This document shows, piece by piece, positions 8,754 to 16,834 of a DNA stretch of 38,286 bases; the first letter of the stretch is position 1, and every line of letters begins with the position of its first letter. A program made the translations under genes and the position numbers. The notes below the pieces were generated by a model. That model did no database searches and was not told the origin of the DNA. It was given only the letters and a program-made list of their open reading frames with translations. Source of the DNA: Planctomycetota bacterium (GTDB taxonomy: Bacteria; Planctomycetota; UBA11346); contig JBBQSO010000050.1 in the NCBI GenBank assembly GCA_038213805.1, forward strand, positions 1 to 38,286, given 5' to 3'.

Positions 8754-9036
8754 CAACGCTCGACTCCTTCCGCTGCGCTGCAGTCGTCGCGCTCCCCCCT
8801 TTGTGCAATTGACGTGGTGCGTGCCGCGCCCGGGCGCGGTTGCGCGCACCGCGTCCGGCCGCCCGGCCTGCGGCCCTGCGCGCTGATGCGCGCGGCGTGG
8901 CTGCGCCACGCGTGGCCTTGGGAGTGGCGCATTGCGGCGCGCGATCTGCCAGACCCTCGCGTCTTTCCAATCCTCTCCCTCTGCACCTGTCCGGCCTTGC
9001 CCCTGGCCCGTCGCGGCCCGGGGGGTAGGAAGGGGC

Positions 9037-9774
9037 ATGCTGAGCATCCGCTCCGTCACCAAGCGCTTCGGGAAGCTGGTGGCGGTCGACGCGCTCAGCC
9101 TGGAGGTGGCGGCGGGCACGGTGCACGCCTTCCTCGGGCCGAATGGGGCGGGCAAGACCACCACCATCCGCATGTGCACCGGGCTGCTCCAGCCGGATGC
9201 GGGGACGATCAGCGTGGCGGGCCACGACGTGGTCAGCGATGGCGTGGCGGCGCGCGCGGCGCTGGCCTACGTGCCGGATGAGCCCTACCTCTACGACCGC
9301 CTGACCGGACGCGAGTTCCTCGATTTCACCGGGCGCGTCTACGGGCTTGAGCGCTCCGTCTATGAACGTCGCCTGGGCGCGGTGCGCGAGCGCTTCTCGC
9401 TCGACGGCTTCCTCGACCAGCTCGCCGAGGGCTACAGCCACGGCATGCGCCAGCGCGTGGTGCTGGCGGCGGCGCTGCTGCACGAGCCGCGCCTGCTGAT
9501 CGTCGACGAGCCGCTGGTCGGCCTCGACCCCAAGCACATCCGCATCGTCCTCGAGCTGCTGCGCGAAATCGCCGACGCCGGCGGCGCGGTGCTGATGTCG
9601 ACCCACGCCCTGGCCACGGTCGAAGGCATCACCGACCTGGTCTCGGTCATGGACCACGGGAAGCTGATCGCGCGCGGGACGGTCCCGGAGCTGCGCGGCG
9701 ACCGCGACCTGGAGTCGAGCTTCCTGGCCCTCACCGAACCCGGCGCCGCTCCGCGCCCGGCGGAACCCGCATGA
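9037..9774 (+). CDS. ABC transporter ATP-binding protein (ABC-2 type)
   Basis: Walker A GPNGAGKTT, signature YSHGMRQR, Walker B LIVDEP, H-loop STH. Confidence 0.95.
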   Translation: MLSIRSVTKRFGKLVAVDALSLEVAAGTVHAFLGPNGAGKTTTIRMCTGLLQPDAGTISVAGHDVVSDGVAARAALAYVPDEPYLYDRLTGREFLDFTGRVYGLERSVYERRLGAVRERFSLDGFLDQLAEGYSHGMRQRVVLAAALLHEPRLLIVDEPLVGLDPKHIRIVLELLREIADAGGAVLMSTHALATVEGITDLVSVMDHGKLIARGTVPELRGDRDLESSFLALTEPGAAPRPAEPA

Positions 9775-10235
9775 GCCGCCACGGCGCGCTGCACGTGCTG
9801 GTCGATGGGCACAATGTGCTGCACCTCGACCCGCGCCTGCGTGGCCTGATCGCGGCTTCACCCGAGCGCGCGCGCGCCGAGCTCGAACGCCTGCTCGCCA
9901 ACCGTCCGCGCGTGGTGCTGTTCTACGACGGCGGCCCGGGCGGCGTGGTCAGCGAAGCGCGCCGTCAGGGCCTGGCCATCGACTACTCCGGCGCCGGCAG
10001 CGCTGACGACCGCATCATGCGCTGGCTGCTCTTCCACCCCGACGCGCGCGCCACCCTGGTCAGCGACGACGCCGAACTCACCCGCCGCGCCCGCGCCGTG
10101 GGGGCGCGCATCCTGCCGGCGCGCGGCTTCCTCGACGCCGTCCAGGGCGGCCCCGAAGTCCCGGTCAAGCCGGACCGGGCGCTGTCACCGGCGGAAGTGG
10201 ATGAGTGGATGAAGATTTTCGGGGTCGAGGAATAG
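9771..10235 (+). CDS. NYN domain protein (YacP/Rae1-like ribonuclease fold)
   Basis: VLVDGHN, VLFYDG, SADDRI and LVSDD acidic motifs; 4-bp overlap with the ABC gene. Confidence 0.85.
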   Translation: MSRHGALHVLVDGHNVLHLDPRLRGLIAASPERARAELERLLANRPRVVLFYDGGPGGVVSEARRQGLAIDYSGAGSADDRIMRWLLFHPDARATLVSDDAELTRRARAVGARILPARGFLDAVQGGPEVPVKPDRALSPAEVDEWMKIFGVEE

Positions 10236-10263
10236 ACGCGCGAAGCGCTTCGGGTTCAGCGCC

Positions 10264-11739
10264 CTACTTCTCCAGCTCGTCCACCTGCCAACCGCCACCG
10301 AGCGCCTTCGCCAAGGCCACCAGGTCATCCGCCACCGCGAGCCGGCTGAGCTGGTGATCGTCCTGGACGGTGAACAGCGCGAGCTCTTCGCGCAGCACGG
10401 CCTGGTAGTCGTCGACGCCGCCGGACTGACGCTCCTTGGCCAGGGCCAGGGCGTTCTGGTGGGCGGCGACGGCGAGGGCGAAGGCGCGCTCGCGTTCGCG
10501 CTCGCGCAGCAGCGCGACCAGCGCGTTTTCGGTGTCGGCGAAGGCGCCGAGCACAGTTTGCCGGTAGCGCAGCAGGGCCTGCTCCTCACGCGCGTCGGCG
10601 GCGTGGATGTTGGCGGCGATGCGCCCCGAGGCGAGGATCGGCCAACGCACGGTCGGGCCGATCGACCAGATGCCATTGGGGGAGGTGAAGAGGCCGGAGG
10701 TGCTCAGCCCCTCGAAGCCGAAGGAGCCGGTCAGCGAGAAGCGTGGGTAGAGGTCGGCGGTGGCGACGCCGACGCGCGCGGTCGCGCTGGCGAGTTCACG
10801 CTCGGCGCGCTGGATGTCGGGGCGGCGGCGCAGCAGTTCCGACGGCAGGCCGGGACGCAGCAGCTCGACCGGGTCGGGCACCGCCACCGCGCTGAACAGC
10901 GGCGCGCTGTCGAGCCCGGCCACCACGACCTGCCGGCCACCGGCGTCGAGCTCGTGCAGGTCGGGCGGCGGCTCGCCGAGCAGCAGCGCGAGGCGGTTGG
11001 CCGCCTGCGCCCGGGCGGAGGCCAGGGCCGGCAGCAGCGTGCGGTTGGTGGCGAGCTGGGCATCGGCCTGGGCGAGGGCGCCGGCCGCGGCCAGCCCGCC
11101 GCTGACGCGCGCCGCGACCAGGTCGCGGCTGTCCTGCTCGCTGGCCAGCGCGCGCCGGGCGATGGCCAGACGCTCCTGCGCGCTCGCCAGCGCCAGCCAC
11201 GCGCGTACCACCTCGGCGATGACGCTGATCTGCACGTCGTGGCGGCTGGCCACGGCCGCGCCGAGATCGGCCTGGGCGGCCTCGACGGCGCGCCTGGTGC
11301 CGCCGAACAGGTCGAGCTCCCAGGTCGCGTCGAAGCCCGCCTGGTAGAGCGTGGTGGTCGCCGGCACCGGTCCACCCGGGGCGAAGAACAGGGTGCGCTG
11401 GCGGGTGACCGCGCCGCTGGCGTCGACCGCCGGGCCCTGCGCGGCGGTCGCCACGCCGAGGTTGGCGCGTACCTCGCGCAGGCGCGCGACGGCGATGCGC
11501 GCGTCGTAGTTGCCGAGCAGCGCCCGCGCCACCAGGCGGTCGAGGGCGGGCTCGTGGAAGGCCGTCCACCAGCTTTCGGGAGCGGTGTTCCGGCTGGTCT
11601 CATCGCTGCGCGTCCGCCAGTCGGCCGGCACCGCGGTCAGCGGTGGCTGATAGTCGCGGCCGACCGAGGCGCAGCCGGCGACCAGCGCGACGGCGAACGG
11701 GGCGGCGAGGACGGCGACCAGCGCGGCGCCGCGTTTCAC
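10264..11739 (-). CDS. Efflux outer-membrane lipoprotein (NodT/OprM/TolC family)
   Basis: Lipobox VAGC; WELDLFG, LPSELLRRRPDI and ALGGGW motifs. Confidence 0.95.
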   Translation of the reverse strand: MKRGAALVAVLAAPFAVALVAGCASVGRDYQPPLTAVPADWRTRSDETSRNTAPESWWTAFHEPALDRLVARALLGNYDARIAVARLREVRANLGVATAAQGPAVDASGAVTRQRTLFFAPGGPVPATTTLYQAGFDATWELDLFGGTRRAVEAAQADLGAAVASRHDVQISVIAEVVRAWLALASAQERLAIARRALASEQDSRDLVAARVSGGLAAAGALAQADAQLATNRTLLPALASARAQAANRLALLLGEPPPDLHELDAGGRQVVVAGLDSAPLFSAVAVPDPVELLRPGLPSELLRRRPDIQRAERELASATARVGVATADLYPRFSLTGSFGFEGLSTSGLFTSPNGIWSIGPTVRWPILASGRIAANIHAADAREEQALLRYRQTVLGAFADTENALVALLRERERERAFALAVAAHQNALALAKERQSGGVDDYQAVLREELALFTVQDDHQLSRLAVADDLVALAKALGGGWQVDELEK

Positions 11740-12713
11740 GGCGCCACCGGTCTGGCGGCCGGCGCCATCACCGCGGCCGGCACCGGCGCGGCGCTGATGA
11801 ACACTTCCATCTGCTGGCCGACGTAGACCGCCAGCTCCTTGTGCTCGAAGGCGTAGATGACCTGCAGGACGCGCGTGTCGACGCGCTCGGTGCTGTCGCC
11901 GGTCAGCGAGCGCTTGGGCACCACGTAGGGTTCGAAGCGCACGAATTTCAGCGCCGTCTTGAGGGCGTTGTTACCGCGCACCACGGCCTCGGCCGGCGCG
12001 TCCCTGGCCACCCGCCAGGCGTCGTTCTCGTCGATGTCGACGCGCACGTGCAGGGTGGTGGTGGCGCCGAGCGTCACCAGCGGGGTGGCCAGCACGCCGG
12101 TGGGCGCCGACTCGCCGGGGCGGACCTTCACCTGCAGCACGGTGCCGTCGACCGGGGCGCGCACGGTCAGGCGTTCGAGCTCGATGCCGGTCGCGGTACG
12201 CTGGGCCTCGGCCTGGGCGAGCTGGGCCTCGGCCTCGGCGCGGCGCGCGGCGGCGATGCGTACCGCGTTGCGGTAGTGCTCGAGCTCGTCGACGCTGATC
12301 GCGCGCTTGTCGGCGAGCGCGTCCCAGCGCGCGAGCTGCTGCTGGACGTCGGCGAGGGTGGCGTCGGCGGTGGCCAGGCCGGCCTTGGCGGCGCGCGCGG
12401 CCGCGTCCTGCACGGCGAGCAGCGCGCGCTGGCTGCGTGGGTCGATCTGGAAGAGCGGGTCGCCGGCCTTGACCTCGGCGCCGATGGCCGCCTGCACGAT
12501 GGTGACGATGCCGGGCAGCGCGGTGCCGATGGCGATGGCCTCGGTGCTGGGCTCGACGATGCCGGCGCCGGCGACGAAGGTCGTCGCAGCGGCGGTGGCG
12601 GGCTCGGCCACCGGCGCCGCGATCGGCACCGGCCGGCTGCCGCGCACCACCGTCCAGCCGGCGAAGGCGACGCCGAGCAGTGCGATCACGGGCAGCAGAT
12701 AGGTGCGGATCAT
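11736..12713 (-). CDS. Periplasmic adaptor (HlyD/MFP) of an ABC efflux system
   Basis: N-terminal TM, lipoyl-like halves (VKAGDPLF; VRAPVDGTV), coiled coil, ERVDTRVLQV. Confidence 0.93.
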   Translation of the reverse strand: MIRTYLLPVIALLGVAFAGWTVVRGSRPVPIAAPVAEPATAAATTFVAGAGIVEPSTEAIAIGTALPGIVTIVQAAIGAEVKAGDPLFQIDPRSQRALLAVQDAAARAAKAGLATADATLADVQQQLARWDALADKRAISVDELEHYRNAVRIAAARRAEAEAQLAQAEAQRTATGIELERLTVRAPVDGTVLQVKVRPGESAPTGVLATPLVTLGATTTLHVRVDIDENDAWRVARDAPAEAVVRGNNALKTALKFVRFEPYVVPKRSLTGDSTERVDTRVLQVIYAFEHKELAVYVGQQMEVFISAAPVPAAVMAPAARPVAP

Positions 12714-13432
12714 GGTGGGCTCCCGGTTGCGGCGGTCGCTGCGCGGCCCGCCTCGATGCGGACGATGCGGCCGTCGTCCATGGTCGCGATGCGGTCGGCG
12801 AAGGGGAAGATGCGCGCGTCGTGGGTGACGATCACCAGGGCGCGCTCGGGGCCGAGCGCGACCTCGCGCAGCAGCTCCATGATGCGCGTACCGCTCTCGT
12901 GGTCGAGCGCGCTGGTAGGCTCGTCGCAGACGATCAGGCGCGGTTCGTGGACCAGCGCGCGCGCGATGGCGACGCGCTGCTGCTGGCCGCCGGAGAGCTG
13001 CGCTGGCAGCGCGGCGGCGCGCCCGGCCAGGCCGACGCGTTCAAGCAGGGTCGCGGCGCGCGCCAGGGCCTCGCGGCGGGGACGGCCGAGGATGAGCAGT
13101 GGAATGGCGATGTTCTCCAGCGCGGTCAGCGCCGGGATCAGGTTGAAGGCCTGGAAGACGAAACCGATGGTGCGCCCGCGGAAGGCGGTCTTGCCCGCCA
13201 CCCCCATCGCCTTGAGATCCTGGCCGAAGACCACGCAGGCGCCCTCGTCCTGGTCGAGGATGCCGGACGCCACCGAGATCAGCGTGGTCTTGCCACAGCC
13301 GGACGGGCCGACCAGCATGAGCAGCTCGCCGCTGGCGACCTCGAGGTCGATGCCGCGCAGCGCGGTGACGACGTTGGCGCCTGCGCCGAAGCGCTTGGTG
13401 ACGCCGGTGAGGGTGATCGCGGTGGCGCTCAT
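12710..13432 (-). CDS. ABC transporter ATP-binding protein (MacB/DevA-like)
   Basis: GPSGCGKTT, LSGGQQQRVAIARAL and CDEPT; the ATG overlaps the upstream TGA. Confidence 0.95.
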   Translation of the reverse strand: MSATAITLTGVTKRFGAGANVVTALRGIDLEVASGELLMLVGPSGCGKTTLISVASGILDQDEGACVVFGQDLKAMGVAGKTAFRGRTIGFVFQAFNLIPALTALENIAIPLLILGRPRREALARAATLLERVGLAGRAAALPAQLSGGQQQRVAIARALVHEPRLIVCDEPTSALDHESGTRIMELLREVALGPERALVIVTHDARIFPFADRIATMDDGRIVRIEAGRAATAATGSPP

Positions 13433-14598
13433 GAGCGGAACACCACCGCCGGTTCGAGGCGCATGACCTTGCGGATGCTCAGCACCGCGGCGAGCGCGCA
13501 GATGAACAGCACCACCGCGGCGGAGTTGGCCAGCCGCGCCCACGACAGGATGAAGGCGAGCTCGGAGCCGCCGACGGCCAGGCCGAAGGCCGCCGCCACG
13601 CCGACGCCCAGGCCGTAGCCGATGCCGCCCACCATCAGCGCCTGGAGCAGGATCATGCGCAGCAGCAGGCCGTTGCCCGCGCCCATCGCCTTGAGCGCGC
13701 CGAAGTGGCGCAGGTTGTCGAGCGTGAAGTTGTAAAAGGTCTGCCCCGCGATCACCGTGCCGACCAGGAAGCCGAGGAACATCGAGATCTGGAAGTTGAT
13801 CGGGATGCCGGTGTTCTCCATGATGAAATTGAGGGTCAGCTTCTTGAAACCGGCCGCGGTCAGGGCCTTCATGCCGGTGGTGGCCGTGATGCGCGCACAC
13901 AGCGCCGCCTGGTCTTCGCCCATGCGCGCCTTGACCAGCACGTAGGTGAGCAGCTTGCGTCGCGGCGGCGCCCAGGTCTTCGCGCGGCTGTAGGTGGTGT
14001 AGACGAACGGGTTCCACATGAAGCTGCGGTTGGTGCGCGCGATGCCCACCACCACCGTGCGGTGGTCGTTGAGTTCGAGCACGTCACCGATCTTGAGCGG
14101 TGCGCGCTCGCCGCCCTTGACCGCGGGCGGGTGCGCGAGCTTGCCCTTGCGGCCGCGCGCGTCGCGCTCGTCGACGATGATGCCGTCGGCGCGGCGCAGG
14201 TCGGCAAGCGACCCCTCGACCATCTCGGGCGGGCCGCCCATCAGGGTGGTGTCGTCGAGGCCCATGACGATGCAGTTCTGGGTGCTGCCGTCTTCCAGGC
14301 GGGCCTCGATGAAGCCGCGGAACAGCGGCAGCGCCCAGCCCACTCCACTCACCGAGCGCACGCGCTCGAGTACGGTGTCCTGCATCGGCTTGATGTCGTC
14401 GATGTTGTCGACGGTCGGTTCCATCACCCAGATGTCGGCCTGGCCGAGGTCGCCGATCGAGGCATAGCTGCGCGCGAGCAGGCCGTCGTAGATCGACGAC
14501 TGCTGGGTGATGAGCAGCGAGGCGAAGGTCACGCCGATGAGGATGCCGATGTATTTGGCGCGGTCGCCGGTGAGCATCTTGAGCGCAATGCGGTTCAT
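13429..14598 (-). CDS. ABC transporter permease (MacB/FtsX/DevC-like)
   Basis: One TM, periplasmic domain, then three TMs; FGALKAMGA and C-terminal EPAVVF. Confidence 0.93.
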   Translation of the reverse strand: MNRIALKMLTGDRAKYIGILIGVTFASLLITQQSSIYDGLLARSYASIGDLGQADIWVMEPTVDNIDDIKPMQDTVLERVRSVSGVGWALPLFRGFIEARLEDGSTQNCIVMGLDDTTLMGGPPEMVEGSLADLRRADGIIVDERDARGRKGKLAHPPAVKGGERAPLKIGDVLELNDHRTVVVGIARTNRSFMWNPFVYTTYSRAKTWAPPRRKLLTYVLVKARMGEDQAALCARITATTGMKALTAAGFKKLTLNFIMENTGIPINFQISMFLGFLVGTVIAGQTFYNFTLDNLRHFGALKAMGAGNGLLLRMILLQALMVGGIGYGLGVGVAAAFGLAVGGSELAFILSWARLANSAAVVLFICALAAVLSIRKVMRLEPAVVFRS

Positions 14599-15254
14599 GC
14601 GCGCTGCCCTCGGCGCGCGCGCGGCGCGGGAAGCGCCGCCGCGATGCCCGCCATGCTGAAGGCGGTGATGTGCGCGGTCAGCGCGGCGAGCTCGGCAGCG
14701 TCCGGGCGCCAGTCCGGGAACAGCCGGCCGATGATCGGCCGGGCGTGGTGGTAGAACAGGCACTGCGCGACCACGCTCGAACTGAGGCGGCGCAGGGCGC
14801 GCGGCTCGCTGGGCGCGCCAAGGTCGCGCAGGATGCCGGTCAGCAGCTCGAACTGCGGGCGGATGGCGCGCTCGACCAGCTGGTCGAGCGCAGCGCTGGG
14901 TTCGATCATCTCGCGCGCCATCAGCCGGCCGTGCCACGCCGGACGGCCCTCGTCGAGCAGGCGCAGCAGGAACTCGCGCACGTACGCCTCAAGGCGCTGC
15001 GCCGGTGGCTGGCGCGCGTCAGCGGGCGGCGGATGCGCGTGCAGCGCGCAGGCGTGGGCGTAGGCGAAGACTGCGACGTAGAGCCCGCGCTTGTCGCCGA
15101 AGTGGTAGTTGACCGCGGCGATGTTGGCGGCGGCCCGCGCGCAGATGTCGCGCACCCGCGCCGCGCGGAAGCCGACCTCGGCGAAGACCTCGCCCGCCGC
15201 CTCGAGCAGGCGTTGGCGGGTGTCGACGACGGGTTCGGGGGCGGGCTTGCGCAT
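14595..15254 (-). CDS. TetR-family regulator (CecR/DUF1956-type C-terminus)
   Basis: TRQRLLEAAGEVFAEVGF...ANIAAVNYHFGDKRGLY HTH; C-terminal HITAFSMAGI. Confidence 0.93.
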   Translation of the reverse strand: MRKPAPEPVVDTRQRLLEAAGEVFAEVGFRAARVRDICARAAANIAAVNYHFGDKRGLYVAVFAYAHACALHAHPPPADARQPPAQRLEAYVREFLLRLLDEGRPAWHGRLMAREMIEPSAALDQLVERAIRPQFELLTGILRDLGAPSEPRALRRLSSSVVAQCLFYHHARPIIGRLFPDWRPDAAELAALTAHITAFSMAGIAAALPAPRARRGQRA

Positions 15255-15257
15255 GCG

Positions 15258-15287
15258 TGAAACGCAGGTTTCAAAAAACGATTTGAA
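15258..15287. promoter_or_regulatory. Overlapping palindromes, probable TetR operator
   Basis: TGAAAC-GCAG-GTTTCA (15258-15273) and TTCAAA-N6-TTTGAA (15270-15287), next to a minus-strand TTGACT (15292-15287). Confidence 0.6.
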
Positions 15288-15651
15288 GTCAATGCCTATG
15301 TGTGCCGAAGTTAGGCCGAGCGCGGTTGGGCGCCAGAGACGAGACCCGAAGCACCGAGACGTGGGGATGGCTGCGTGGAGGAGACGAGGGGTCTGAAAAG
15401 CCCAGTGGTGAGCAGCGTAGAAGCGCCAGAACCCCGAGTCCCCCAGGGTCGGTCCTGGTTTCAGCACGCAGCCGTGCTCGCCTTGCGGGTGAGCACGGCC
15501 AAGCGCCGAAGTCCTTGGCGTCGTGGCGTCTTGGCGGTCCTAACCGCTTGGTCTGCGGTTTTCAGATCTCAGGCCCCGCCTCTCGAGACGCGCGCCTGGC
15601 GCCTCACCCGGGTCTCCCTGGCCCCGCCCCCATCCCGCGCTACCCTTCCGT

Positions 15652-16365
15652 ATGCGCCTGCTGCTCGTCGAGGATGAGGCCAGCATCCGGTCCGCGATGG
15701 TGCGCGGGCTGACCCTGCAGGGCCACACCGTGGTCGCGGCGGGCAGCCTGGTCGAGGCGCGCGCGCTGGTCGCGGCGCAGCGCCCGGAGGCCCTGGTCAG
15801 CGATCTCAAGCTGCCTGATGGCAATGGCCTGGACCTGGCTGAGGAGTTCCAGCTGCCGGCCGTGATGATGACCGGCTACGGGACTTTTGACGATGCGGTG
15901 CGGGCGATGCGCATGGGCGCTGTCGACTTCTTCACCAAGCCCGTGCCGATCAAGGACATCGCCAAGGCCCTGGAGCGCATCGCGGCGCGCCTGGGGGGCG
16001 GGCCGACGGTGCTCGACCCGGGGCCGCAGCCACGCCTGGTGCAGCATGGCGCGACCGGGTTGCAGGCCCGCGAGGTGCGCAGCGAGGCGGTGGCCTGGAC
16101 CACCCCGGCGGCCGCCGCGGCGGCCTTTTCCGGGCTCGCGGCGGTGCTGCCGGGGGTGGTCCACCGCCAAGTCGCGGCCGAGCTGATGCAGTCCGCCCCG
16201 GCCGGCCGGCTGGTCGTGAACCTGCTGCCAGACGCCTGGTCGGCATGGCTCGAAGCCGGGGTTGAATGGCTCGCCCAGCCCGCCCGCCGCCAGCTGCTCG
16301 AAGAGCTCTGCCGCAGCTGCGCGTGGCGGCCGGATGGCGCTCTGGTGGAGTGCCGGCATGGCTGA
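15652..16365 (+). CDS. Response regulator: receiver domain plus degenerate anti-sigma (HATPase_c_2-like) C-terminal domain
   Basis: LLVEDE, SDLKLPDG, MTGY and FTKP show an intact receiver. The C-terminal AAELMQSA and LLEELC...W...DG resemble an RsbW-type fold without ATP boxes (inference). Confidence 0.85.
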   Translation: MRLLLVEDEASIRSAMVRGLTLQGHTVVAAGSLVEARALVAAQRPEALVSDLKLPDGNGLDLAEEFQLPAVMMTGYGTFDDAVRAMRMGAVDFFTKPVPIKDIAKALERIAARLGGGPTVLDPGPQPRLVQHGATGLQAREVRSEAVAWTTPAAAAAAFSGLAAVLPGVVHRQVAAELMQSAPAGRLVVNLLPDAWSAWLEAGVEWLAQPARRQLLEELCRSCAWRPDGALVECRHG

Positions 16366-16687
16366 GGCCCCGGAGAAACCAGCGGCGGTGACGGTGGTGC
16401 GCTGGACGGGCGAGCTGCTCTGGCCGCAGCCCCTGCCAGAGGCGGCGGTGATCGACCTGGCCCGGGTGACGGCCCTGGGCACCTGGGCCTACGCGTGGTT
16501 CGCGGCACGGCCGCAGCAGGCGGCGACCGGGGCGACTCCGGCGCTAAAGCGCCAGCTGCAGCGCGCCGGGGTCGCGCTGCTGTGGTGTGACCACCCCCAC
16601 GGCCAGGCCGGGGTGAGCGCGGCCGAGCGCGCCCTGCTGTGGGGTGACGACAGCGCCCCAGGCGCGCCGCTGCCCGGTCTGGGGTAG
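16358..16687 (+). CDS. Small STAS-like (anti-anti-sigma-like) protein
   Basis: VVRWTGEL...VIDLARVTALGT...GATPALKRQLQRAGV follows the STAS pattern; overlaps the previous stop. Confidence 0.6.
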   Translation: MAEAPEKPAAVTVVRWTGELLWPQPLPEAAVIDLARVTALGTWAYAWFAARPQQAATGATPALKRQLQRAGVALLWCDHPHGQAGVSAAERALLWGDDSAPGAPLPGLG

Positions 16688-16745
16688 ACTCCTACCGCCT
16701 CGCGCCGCTGGGCGACCGGGGCCGGCCGGCAGGGGGCTGGGCATT

Positions 16746-16762
16746 TGGGCGAGCCGTTTGCG
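16746..16762 (+). promoter_or_regulatory. Possible sigma54-like element
   Basis: TGGGCGAGCCGTTTGCG (GG-N10-GC), ~70 bp upstream of the ATG at 16835. Confidence 0.3.
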
Positions 16763-16834
16763 TTGTCCCCCGTCGGCTGAAGGCCCGTGTCGAGGAATCC
16801 ACCTCGCCGGCCGCGCCCCGGGCACCGCTCCGCC

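Noticed and set aside
10264..15254. Efflux operon as a novel system
   Set aside because: Standard TetR + ABC + MFP + outer-membrane-factor architecture.
12710..15467. Longer ORF-track starts for the ABC ATPase (14017), permease (14937) and TetR (15467)
   Set aside because: The extensions overlap neighbouring genes; ATGA-coupled starts at 13432 and 14598 and the ATG at 15254 fit the family N-termini.
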